Shown here in pieces: positions 1 through 8,194 of a DNA stretch of 64,000 nt. The stretch is from assembly GCA_017399965.1 (NCBI GenBank), contig JAFQAP010000016.1:53489-117488 (forward strand), in the 5' to 3' direction. Origin of the DNA: Clostridia bacterium. GTDB lineage: Bacteria > Bacillota > Clostridia > Oscillospirales > CAG-382. Within the stretch, counting starts at the first letter, position 1, and every line of letters begins with the position of its first letter. The notes under the pieces are model-generated. The model did not search any database. It was not told the DNA's origin and worked only from the letters and a program-made list of their open reading frames with translations. The position numbers were made by a program, and so were the translations under genes.

Positions 1-2
1 AC

Positions 3-1319
3 GTATTCACCATGGCTGTAAGCCCTCTTGACTGTATGGGTTGTACTCTCTGCGTTTCCGCTTGTCCCGCAAAGGAAAAGGCGCTCGTTATGAAGAGTCA
101 GGAATCCCAGTCCGCACAGGCAGAAGCTTGGTCTTACTGTGTAGATAAGGTAAGCAAGAAGGATCTTCCTTTTGCGGCAAACACTCTTAAGGGCAGCCAG
201 TTCCAGCAGCCTCTCCTCGAGTTCTCCGGATCTTGCGCAGGCTGTGCTGAAACCTCTTACGCACGTCTTATCACCCAGCTCTTTGGTGAGAGAATGTATA
301 TATCCAACGCTACCGGATGTTCTTCCATCTGGGGCGGCTCCGCACCTGCTACTCCTTACACCGTAAACAGAGACAGCGGCCGCGGTCCCGCTTGGGCGAA
401 CAGCTTGTTTGAAGACAACGCTGAACACGGTTTGGGTATCCACCTCGGTCAGAAGGCTATCCGTGAGCGTCTTATCGGTTACGTTAAGGAACTCAAGGCA
501 GACAATGAAGCTGATCAGGCAGTAATCGATAACTATCTCAACACCGTTAATGACGGCAAGGCAAACGAGCCTGCTACCGCAGCTCTCGTAGAACTTCTTG
601 AAAAATGGTCCGCAGCAGGCTGCGAAGCTTCCAAGAAGATCCTTGCAGAAAAGGATTACCTTGCAAAGAAATCCGTATGGATATTCGGCGGCGACGGTTG
701 GGCATACGATATCGGCTTCGGCGGTCTCGACCACGTTATCGCTTCCGGTGAAGATGTTAATATTATGGTATTCGATACCGAAGTATACTCCAATACCGGC
801 GGACAGGCTTCCAAGGCTTCTCAGATCGGTCAGGTAGCTCAGTTTGCGGCAGCAGGTAAGGCTATCGGTAAGAAGAACCTTGCGGCTATCGCAATGTCTT
901 ACGGCTACGTTTACGTTGCACAGATAGCTATGGGCGCAGATAAGAATCAGACTCTCAAGGCTATACTTGAAGCAGAAGCTTATCCCGGACCTTCTCTCGT
1001 CATCGGCTACGCTCCTTGCGAAATGCACGGTGTAAAGGGCGGTATGGCAAACTGCCAGAACGAAATGAAGCGTGCGGTTGACGCAGGCTACTGGCAGATG
1101 TTCCGTTACAATCCTCTCCTTAAGGCAGAAGGAAAGAATCCCTTCGTGCTCGATTCCAAGGCTCCCACTGCAGATTATATCGACTTTATCAGCAGCGAGA
1201 CCAGATACAGCCGTCTTGTTCAGGCGTTCCCCGAAAGAGCAAAAGAACTCTTCGAAAAGGCAAAAGAGCAGGCTGCTATCAAGTACGAAACTTACAAGGA
1301 ACTTGCAGAACAAAAATAG
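3..1319 (+). CDS. nifJ: Pyruvate:ferredoxin/flavodoxin oxidoreductase, C-terminal part (5' end outside the window)
   Basis: 4Fe-4S motif DCMGCTLCVSACP, FSGSCAGCAET, TPP-binding GGDGWAYDIG...DTEVYSNTGGQ; frame open to window edge. Confidence 0.95.
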   Translation, partial: VFTMAVSPLDCMGCTLCVSACPAKEKALVMKSQESQSAQAEAWSYCVDKVSKKDLPFAANTLKGSQFQQPLLEFSGSCAGCAETSYARLITQLFGERMYISNATGCSSIWGGSAPATPYTVNRDSGRGPAWANSLFEDNAEHGLGIHLGQKAIRERLIGYVKELKADNEADQAVIDNYLNTVNDGKANEPATAALVELLEKWSAAGCEASKKILAEKDYLAKKSVWIFGGDGWAYDIGFGGLDHVIASGEDVNIMVFDTEVYSNTGGQASKASQIGQVAQFAAAGKAIGKKNLAAIAMSYGYVYVAQIAMGADKNQTLKAILEAEAYPGPSLVIGYAPCEMHGVKGGMANCQNEMKRAVDAGYWQMFRYNPLLKAEGKNPFVLDSKAPTADYIDFISSETRYSRLVQAFPERAKELFEKAKEQAAIKYETYKELAEQK

Positions 1320-1347
1320 TTTAATTCTAAATTAACGGAGGTTAGTT

Positions 1348-2310
1348 ATGTCAAGAGATAAGTACTCATCCGGCGACGGGTACATGTATGTATATTTGTT
1401 GTCCATTGTCGCCTGCGTAGTTGTCGCTTTGGTTGTTGCGCTAATGGTCTTCGGCTCCGGATTGTTTAAAAAGCCGAATCCTTCGGGACCTGTGGATAAC
1501 AATTCGTCTGTTTCCACCCCTTCGCAACCGGATAACGAAATCTCCGGATTCCTCGGTAACGAGAGTGAACCTTCACGGTTCACTCTGGCTTCCGTCGATA
1601 ATTCAGAGGTCAACAACGGATTGCTCATTTTGGTCAATGCCGATAACCGATATGCATTTCCTGCGGAAACCGATATGGTCAATCTTTATGCATCGTTGAA
1701 AGACAGTAACGTTTCCTTCAGCGGCTCGGGATTGTACCTTAACGCTACCGCCGCGAAATCTCTCAAGGCTATGTGCGAAGCATTCTATGCCGAAACCGGA
1801 CTTAATTCCGGAGTTCTTGTTCATGATGCCTACCTTTCTTACGAAAAAGCATTGGAAAAAGAAGGCGCTGATATTGCGGGCGCAAGCGATTATCATATCG
1901 GCAATTCCGTAAGACTTATGGCTTGGCCTTCAAAAGTGGGAACCATAGGGGAGGGAACCTTCTCTTGGTTTCTGGATAATTGCTATTCCTACGGATTTAT
2001 TCTAAGATATCCGGAGGGGAAGGACGCAATTACAAGCCATGCGTCGCATAAGGGTATATACCGCTACGTTGGTGTTTGCCATGCATATTATATGTACAAA
2101 AACAATTTGTGCCTGGAAGAATATCTGGAATTACTCAAGCAGTATACTCCTGAGGAACCGCTGATCATCGACGTTCAAAATAAATCCTACGAAGTGTATT
2201 ATCAGCCTATGGAGGATGGACTCACCTCCGGCATCAACGTGCCCAACGATTCCGCCTACCTTATATCCGGTAATAACTACGATGGATTTATAATTACCGT
2301 TACCGGCTAA
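1348..2310 (+). CDS. Membrane-anchored VanY/LdcB-like (M15B D,D-carboxypeptidase fold) protein with degenerate catalytic motifs
   Basis: RBS GGAGG; N-terminal TM helix, Ser/Pro/Asn linker; LILVN, WFLDNCYSYGFILRYPEGK..IT, YRYVG and LCLEEYL signatures. Confidence 0.8.
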   Translation: MSRDKYSSGDGYMYVYLLSIVACVVVALVVALMVFGSGLFKKPNPSGPVDNNSSVSTPSQPDNEISGFLGNESEPSRFTLASVDNSEVNNGLLILVNADNRYAFPAETDMVNLYASLKDSNVSFSGSGLYLNATAAKSLKAMCEAFYAETGLNSGVLVHDAYLSYEKALEKEGADIAGASDYHIGNSVRLMAWPSKVGTIGEGTFSWFLDNCYSYGFILRYPEGKDAITSHASHKGIYRYVGVCHAYYMYKNNLCLEEYLELLKQYTPEEPLIIDVQNKSYEVYYQPMEDGLTSGINVPNDSAYLISGNNYDGFIITVTG

Positions 2311-2324
2311 ACTGTAATCTCATT

Positions 2325-2355
2325 AAGAAGGAAGCTTTGTCTTCCTTCTTTTTTT
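2325..2355 (+). terminator. Rho-independent terminator
   Basis: AAGAAGGAAG-ctttgt-CTTCCTTCTT followed by TTTTT. Confidence 0.85.
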
Positions 2356-2374
2356 GTCGGGGTCCCCGAGGAGC
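2354..2374 (+). repeat. Partial copy of the 41-bp hairpin repeat (locus 1)
   Basis: TTGTCGGGGTCCCCGAG matches the first 17 nt of the consensus, then GAGC instead of AAGC, then diverges. Confidence 0.75.
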
Positions 2375-2893
2375 AGGTGGACTGAAAGGTGCGATGCGTG
2401 CCGCCTGAAAAACCGGAGTTTGCTTAAAGTGAACATTTTCGGAAGATTGCTGCGCAAATTTGGTCAAATTTGCGCCCAAAAAACGCAGAACGGATGTTTT
2501 GTGACCGTCGGCGAAACGACGAAATTGCGCTTTGGTTTTTGTGCATAGTGCACATTGAAGAAAGGCGGTAGAGAGACGTTTTTTTGCACAAAAACGCGAA
2601 AATCTGCTGCGGTAGACAGAATGTGAAATTTTGGTTTACAATTTATTTGCGTTGAATTTCACATGCACGCGCCGTATGTGAAACAGCAAGTCGAAAAAAG
2701 CTTGAAAATACGGGGAAACTACTGTATTTTTAACATTGAAATTTCAAGGATGTTACAAATTGTACCCGTTTTTACGCTTGGCGAGTTTTGTGCAGTTTAT
2801 TACATATATATTAATAGATTAAAAACAATATTTTTTTCGTTAGTGCAAATAGGTAAAAAGCGCACAAAAAACTACCTTCATATATATACACTA

Positions 2894-2922
2894 TTGACAA
2901 AACGGGGGAGTAGTGGTATTAT
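2894..2922 (+). promoter_or_regulatory. sigmaA-type promoter of the carbohydrate ABC cluster
   Basis: TTGACA-17 bp-TATTAT with extended -10 TG. Confidence 0.75.
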
Positions 2923-2992
2923 TCATAGTATCGAATATAATGCGTATAGATTTACGCATTTTTCTCAGTATTTATTTGGGAGGAACTTTTCA

Positions 2993-5900
2993 ATGACCAG
3001 GTTTAAGAACTGCTTTTCCAAACTGATGGCGGTCCTGCTTGTTTGCGTAATGCTGTTGGGCGATTATGCTCTTCTCGGCGCATATGCAAAGGTAGAATCT
3101 GTCGACGGTTCGGATTCTTTGGTTCGCACCTCGCTTAGTGAGATCGAAAAACTTCTTACTTCGGTTTCCTATTCGAGCTATCTTGAAATCTACAAGGATG
3201 TCAAGAATGCGGACAAAGAAATTGTTATCGATCTTTCTGCTTACAAGGAAGACAGCACTGCTACCGTTAACCTTAAAGAAGGTTACGAGGGCGCAGAAGG
3301 CACCGTCCTTTTAATGGGCGATGACGGTAAGATCGTATTTGATATCGACGTTCCCGAAACGGCAATGTATTCTGTTTACATAGAATACTGGACAGGCGAT
3401 ATCGAAGTACTTGATGCTTCCGGCGCTGTTGCCGCTGTCGGCAAGTCTGCGGATATCGAACGTATTATTTATTTTGACGAATCGGTTTCCTTTAAGGAAT
3501 CCCGTTCTCTTACATTCACTCGTGCGTGGAAGGATGTTTACACCAAGATCGAAGATGATAAGTCCAAGTCTTTCTTTGATTCCGTTAGTGATTTCTTCCT
3601 CGATTTCGTACGTGACCAGGCGAACATGTCTCCTGACAGCGGCCGTCTTTTCCCGTATGATACCAACGGCAACGAAGCAAAGCCTACCAAAGAGATCTAC
3701 GGTATGTGGACCGGCTCCTTTGCTTACGATACCAGCGGATATTACCCCAACCCTCTCAAATATTATCTCACCGAAGGTGCTCATACCCTTAATATTGAGA
3801 CAATAACCGAGCCTATGGCTATTAAGCAGATAGTTCTTAAGGCTGCTCCCGAAGCTCCGTCTTACGATGAATATATCGAAATGCACACTGCAGCGGGCGC
3901 AAAGGACTACACCGGCGAAACTCTTAAGATTCAGGCTGAGTATCCCGTTCTTACTTCCGACCGTACTCTTTACCAGATAAATGATCGTAAGTCCTCTTTT
4001 TCCGAGCCTCAGGACTCCACGCTCATCCGTTACAACAGTATCGGTTCCAATAAGTGGCAGTATGTCGGACAGTGGATAGAGTATACCATTGATGTTACGG
4101 AATCCGGATTCTATACCATAATTCCTCGTTCCAAGCAGGAAGAATTTATGGGTTCGTTTGTTTCCAGAATGATCCTCATAGATGGTGAGCTTCCTTTCGT
4201 AGAGGCTCAGAATCTCAGATTTAACTATTCTACTTCCTGGCGTACGGATGTACTCAATAACGGCGTTACCGATTTCAAATTCTATCTTAAAGAAGGTTTG
4301 CATACCATTCGTTTCCAGGTTGTTCTCGGTGATATGTCCGATATTCTCGGTCGTGTTTCCGATTCTCTTTCAAACCTTAACGAATACTACAGAAAAATAC
4401 TTATGATCACCGGTGCAGAACCCGATGATACCCGTGACTATAAGTTCCAGAAACTTATTCCCGACGTACTCAAGGGATTTAAGGAAGAAGCGGAAAATCT
4501 TAACCAGATCGCAGAAGAGATCATCCAGATCTCCGGTAGTGCCGGCGACCAGACCGGTACGCTTAAGAAAGTTGCTGTTATAGTTGAGCGTATGGGTAAA
4601 CACCCCTCCGAGATCGCAGGCTATATGAACACTCTTAAGGAATATACCGCTACTCTCGGTACTTGGCTTTCCGATAATACTTCTCAGCCTCTGCTTCTCG
4701 ATTACGTTGCATTCCAGGCTGTAGATGCAAATCCTCCCAAGGCGGAAGCAGGCTTCTTTGCTTCCATGTGGGCAGAAATACTTAAGTTCTTCGGTTCCTT
4801 CTCTGCGGATTACAACTCTATCGGTTCTCTTGTTGAAAAGGATTACTCCGATGAAGCACTTCAGGAGTGCGCTATTGAAGTTTGGACAGCTAACTCCCGT
4901 GAAGAAGCTACCATTATACGTAACCTGGTAGACGATTCCTTCAATGAACGTTACAGCATCCCCGTAACCGTTAAGCTGGTTGTAGGCGGCACCTTGCTTC
5001 CCGCAACTCTTGCAGGTACCGGTCCCGACGTTTATATGGGCGCTGCCCAGAGCGATCCTGTTAACTATGCTATCCGTTCTGCGGTTTACTCTCTTAACAG
5101 CGAAGCTCACGGCTATAACTTCAATGATCTTTCCAAGTGGGCAGATCACCCCGTATATGGCGAATTTATTGATGATATCGCCACATTTGACGAAGTAACA
5201 AAGCGTTTTGCTCCTGCTGCAATGGTTCCTTTCACTCTTTACGGTGAAGCTTACGCTATTGCAGATACGATGTCCTTCTCTATGATGTTCTACAGAAAAG
5301 ACCTTTTTGTTGAACTCGGACTTGAAGTTCCCAATACTTGGGAAGATTTCTACGATCTCATTTACACTATGCAGTCCAATTCTCTTGATATCGGTTTCCC
5401 TCAGGGCACCGGCGGCTCTTTCATTTGGGCATATCAGCAGAATGATGACCTTTTCGTAACCTATACCGACGAAGAATATGATGCATATCTTGATCAGCTT
5501 CTTACTCAGTACACCATGGACGAACTGGTTGAAATGGGCTGGGTATACACTGATGCAAACGGCAAGGTACGTCCCAAGATCGACGGTATGGAGATCAACC
5601 TGGGCAGTAACACCATGCTTGAAACCTTTAAGAAGGTTTGCGAACTGTTCACTGACTACGACTTCCCGTATTCTTACAGTATCGCAACTCGTTTCCGTCA
5701 GGGTATTATGCCTTTGGCAATAGCAGATTACACTTCTACATATAATACTATGGTAATCTTTGCTCCCGAAATTTCCGGTTTGTGGGAATTCACTCCTCTT
5801 CCCGGTACTTACGATCCCGAGACCGAAACGATCAATAACAGCACTATCGCAGCTGTTTCCTCTCTTATTATGATGAGAGGCGCAACTGAGAAAAACGCAC

Positions 5901-6298
5901 TTTCCGCTTGGACATTTATGCAGTGGTGGTCCAGCGCAGAGGTTCAGTCTACCTTCGGTAACGAAAAGATAGCTCTGCTCGGTCCTTCCGCTAAGTATTC
6001 TACCGCAAACATTGAAGCGCTGCAGAAGATGAGCTGGTCCAAAGATGAGCTTGATAATCTGGTAGCACAGTTCAACGCAGTTGAATGTACTCCCGAATAT
6101 CCCGGTTCCTACATTATCGGACGTTTCACCAACTTCGCATTCTTGGGCGCTTATAACAACGATGACAACCCTGTAGAAAAAATGCGTTCTTACCTTGACG
6201 ATATCAACGCAGAGCTTACTCGTAAGCGTCAGGAATTCGATCTGCCTACTACGGATACCTTTAAAGATATCGGTTCCGTTGCAGATGAAGATAAATAA
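2993..6298 (+). CDS. Very large extracellular solute-binding protein (1101 aa): N-terminal CBM-like beta domains, helical region, C-terminal sugar SBP domain
   Basis: Start reassigned to ATG 2993 (RBS GGGAGG, signal peptide ending AYA-K); IQAEY and GQWIEYTIDV.ESG.Y CBM-like motifs; SBP motifs MFYRKDLF..LGL..P.TW and WEF.PLPG. Confidence 0.85.
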   Translation: MTRFKNCFSKLMAVLLVCVMLLGDYALLGAYAKVESVDGSDSLVRTSLSEIEKLLTSVSYSSYLEIYKDVKNADKEIVIDLSAYKEDSTATVNLKEGYEGAEGTVLLMGDDGKIVFDIDVPETAMYSVYIEYWTGDIEVLDASGAVAAVGKSADIERIIYFDESVSFKESRSLTFTRAWKDVYTKIEDDKSKSFFDSVSDFFLDFVRDQANMSPDSGRLFPYDTNGNEAKPTKEIYGMWTGSFAYDTSGYYPNPLKYYLTEGAHTLNIETITEPMAIKQIVLKAAPEAPSYDEYIEMHTAAGAKDYTGETLKIQAEYPVLTSDRTLYQINDRKSSFSEPQDSTLIRYNSIGSNKWQYVGQWIEYTIDVTESGFYTIIPRSKQEEFMGSFVSRMILIDGELPFVEAQNLRFNYSTSWRTDVLNNGVTDFKFYLKEGLHTIRFQVVLGDMSDILGRVSDSLSNLNEYYRKILMITGAEPDDTRDYKFQKLIPDVLKGFKEEAENLNQIAEEIIQISGSAGDQTGTLKKVAVIVERMGKHPSEIAGYMNTLKEYTATLGTWLSDNTSQPLLLDYVAFQAVDANPPKAEAGFFASMWAEILKFFGSFSADYNSIGSLVEKDYSDEALQECAIEVWTANSREEATIIRNLVDDSFNERYSIPVTVKLVVGGTLLPATLAGTGPDVYMGAAQSDPVNYAIRSAVYSLNSEAHGYNFNDLSKWADHPVYGEFIDDIATFDEVTKRFAPAAMVPFTLYGEAYAIADTMSFSMMFYRKDLFVELGLEVPNTWEDFYDLIYTMQSNSLDIGFPQGTGGSFIWAYQQNDDLFVTYTDEEYDAYLDQLLTQYTMDELVEMGWVYTDANGKVRPKIDGMEINLGSNTMLETFKKVCELFTDYDFPYSYSIATRFRQGIMPLAIADYTSTYNTMVIFAPEISGLWEFTPLPGTYDPETETINNSTIAAVSSLIMMRGATEKNALSAWTFMQWWSSAEVQSTFGNEKIALLGPSAKYSTANIEALQKMSWSKDELDNLVAQFNAVECTPEYPGSYIIGRFTNFAFLGAYNNDDNPVEKMRSYLDDINAELTRKRQEFDLPTTDTFKDIGSVADEDK

Positions 6299-6318
6299 TT
6301 AAAGGAGGGAATTATCTA

Positions 6319-7257
6319 ATGGCTAAAAAAGAACAAGCTGTCGTCAGGAAAGACATTTCCAGATTCAGATGGACTTTGAGCGAGATAAAGAAACATAAGG
6401 TAGCATATCTTATGGTTGCACCCTTCTTTATACTCTTCATAATGTTCTATGTTGTTCCTGTCGTTTTGTCCGTAGTATTGAGCTTTACAGTGTTCAATAT
6501 GCTGGAGTTCCCCGAATTCGTATTCTTTGATAACTATATACGACTTCTGTTTGATGACGAAGTATTTATTACAGCTATCAAAAATACTCTTATATTCGCT
6601 GTAATTACCGGCCCCGCTTCTTATTTGCTTTCACTTTTCTTCGCTTGGTTCATCAACGAACTCCGCCCCAAGCTTCGTGCTTTCCTTACCTTGATATTCT
6701 ACGCTCCTTCTATTTCCGGTGCGGTGTATCTTATCTGGGCAGTGTTCTTCTCCAGTGACCAATACGGTTTCGTGAACGCATACCTTATCGAATTCGGTAT
6801 TATAAACGAGCCTATACTTTGGTTCCAGGATACCGATACCATCTTCCCCCTCATCATCGTAGTAGCATTGTGGACCTCTTTGGGTACCAGCTTCCTTACC
6901 TTTATCGCAGGTTTCCAGGTTGTTAATAAAGACCTTTACGAAGCAGGCGCTATCGACGGTATCAAGAACCGTTGGCAGGAACTTTGGTATATCACCCTTC
7001 CTTCCATGCGTCCTCAGATGATGCTTTCCGCAATTCTCTCCATCACCGGTGCTTTCGGTTTCGGCGGCGTTATTACAGCTCTCGTTGGCTTCCCGTCTCC
7101 CGACTACTGCGTACATACCATAATGCACCATCTTGATGACTACGGCGGAGCCCGTTACGAAATGGGTTACGCTTCCGCAATAGCAACCATATTGTTCTTT
7201 ATGATGATCGGTTGTAACCTGTTGATCACTCGAATTCTCAGAAAGGTAGGTTCATAA
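6319..7257 (+). CDS. Carbohydrate ABC transporter permease
   Basis: Multiple TM helices; EAA loop LYEAGAIDGIKNRWQELWYITLP. Confidence 0.92.
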   Translation: MAKKEQAVVRKDISRFRWTLSEIKKHKVAYLMVAPFFILFIMFYVVPVVLSVVLSFTVFNMLEFPEFVFFDNYIRLLFDDEVFITAIKNTLIFAVITGPASYLLSLFFAWFINELRPKLRAFLTLIFYAPSISGAVYLIWAVFFSSDQYGFVNAYLIEFGIINEPILWFQDTDTIFPLIIVVALWTSLGTSFLTFIAGFQVVNKDLYEAGAIDGIKNRWQELWYITLPSMRPQMMLSAILSITGAFGFGGVITALVGFPSPDYCVHTIMHHLDDYGGARYEMGYASAIATILFFMMIGCNLLITRILRKVGS

Positions 7258-7259
7258 TT

Positions 7260-8177
7260 ATGTTCAAAAAACTTTCCGAGAAAATAGAAATGCGCCGCGT
7301 TGCAAAAGGCAAGCAGCCCAAAGAGCAGTTCAAACGCTCTATTAACCGTTCTGCCGGCGGTGACTTTGGCGTATTGTTTTTCCTTGTTGTATGTGCGTTG
7401 GCAATGTCTTTGCCCGTAATATACGCTATCGGTCAGTCATTTAAGCCTCTTGATGAGCTTTGGCTGTTCCCCCCTCACTTCTTCCCCAACAGATGGGTTA
7501 TCGATAACTTCGTTGACCTGTTCAGATTGATGGGAGATTCTTGGGTACCTTTCTCCAGATACATCTTTAATACGGTTCTTATTTCCATATCCGGTACGTT
7601 TGGTAACGTAATTCTGTCTTCTTTCGCTGCATACGCAATCGCAAAGATTCCTTTCCCCGGAAGAAACATGCTGTTCCAGACTATAGTTTATTCTTTGATG
7701 TTTAACTCTACCGTTACCGGTATTACCAACTTCCTTCTTATGAGCTATCTCAAGATGATAGATACATATTGGGCAGTTATCGTTCCTGCTTGTTGTACAA
7801 CCTTCGGTCTGTACCTTATGAAGCAGTTTATGGAATCCTCCGTTACAGATGCTGTTCTCGAATCCGCTCGTATCGACGGTGCAGGGGAGTTCAGAATCTT
7901 CTGGAAGATCGCAATGCCTATGGTTAAGCCCGCTTGGATCACACTTATTATCTTTGCTTTCAAAGATCTGTGGAACTCCGGCGCCAGCACCTATATTTAC
8001 AGTGAAGAACTTAAAACCTTTAACTATGCAATCAGCCAGTTGGTAACCAGCGGTGTAGCACGTACCGGTGTATCTGCCGCTTCTACCGTGGTAATGATGA
8101 TAGTACCCTGTGCGGTATTCTATATTACACAGAGTAACGTTATTCAGACGATGTCCACTTCGGGCATGAAAGACTAA
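7260..8177 (+). CDS. Carbohydrate ABC transporter permease
   Basis: EAA loop VLESARIDGAGEFRIFWKIAMP; FKPLDEL, FPGRN motifs. Confidence 0.92.
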   Translation: MFKKLSEKIEMRRVAKGKQPKEQFKRSINRSAGGDFGVLFFLVVCALAMSLPVIYAIGQSFKPLDELWLFPPHFFPNRWVIDNFVDLFRLMGDSWVPFSRYIFNTVLISISGTFGNVILSSFAAYAIAKIPFPGRNMLFQTIVYSLMFNSTVTGITNFLLMSYLKMIDTYWAVIVPACCTTFGLYLMKQFMESSVTDAVLESARIDGAGEFRIFWKIAMPMVKPAWITLIIFAFKDLWNSGASTYIYSEELKTFNYAISQLVTSGVARTGVSAASTVVMMIVPCAVFYITQSNVIQTMSTSGMKD

Positions 8178-8194
8178 GAGAGGAGATTTATTAT

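Noticed and set aside
2376-2880. Riboswitch or ncRNA in the long intergenic region
   Set aside because: Local hairpins exist but I recognised no aptamer consensus, and the region lies upstream of the promoter. An Infernal/Rfam scan would settle it.
2663-2992. 110-aa N-terminal extension of the SBP ORF
   Set aside because: It spans the sigmaA promoter; RBS and signal peptide support ATG 2993.
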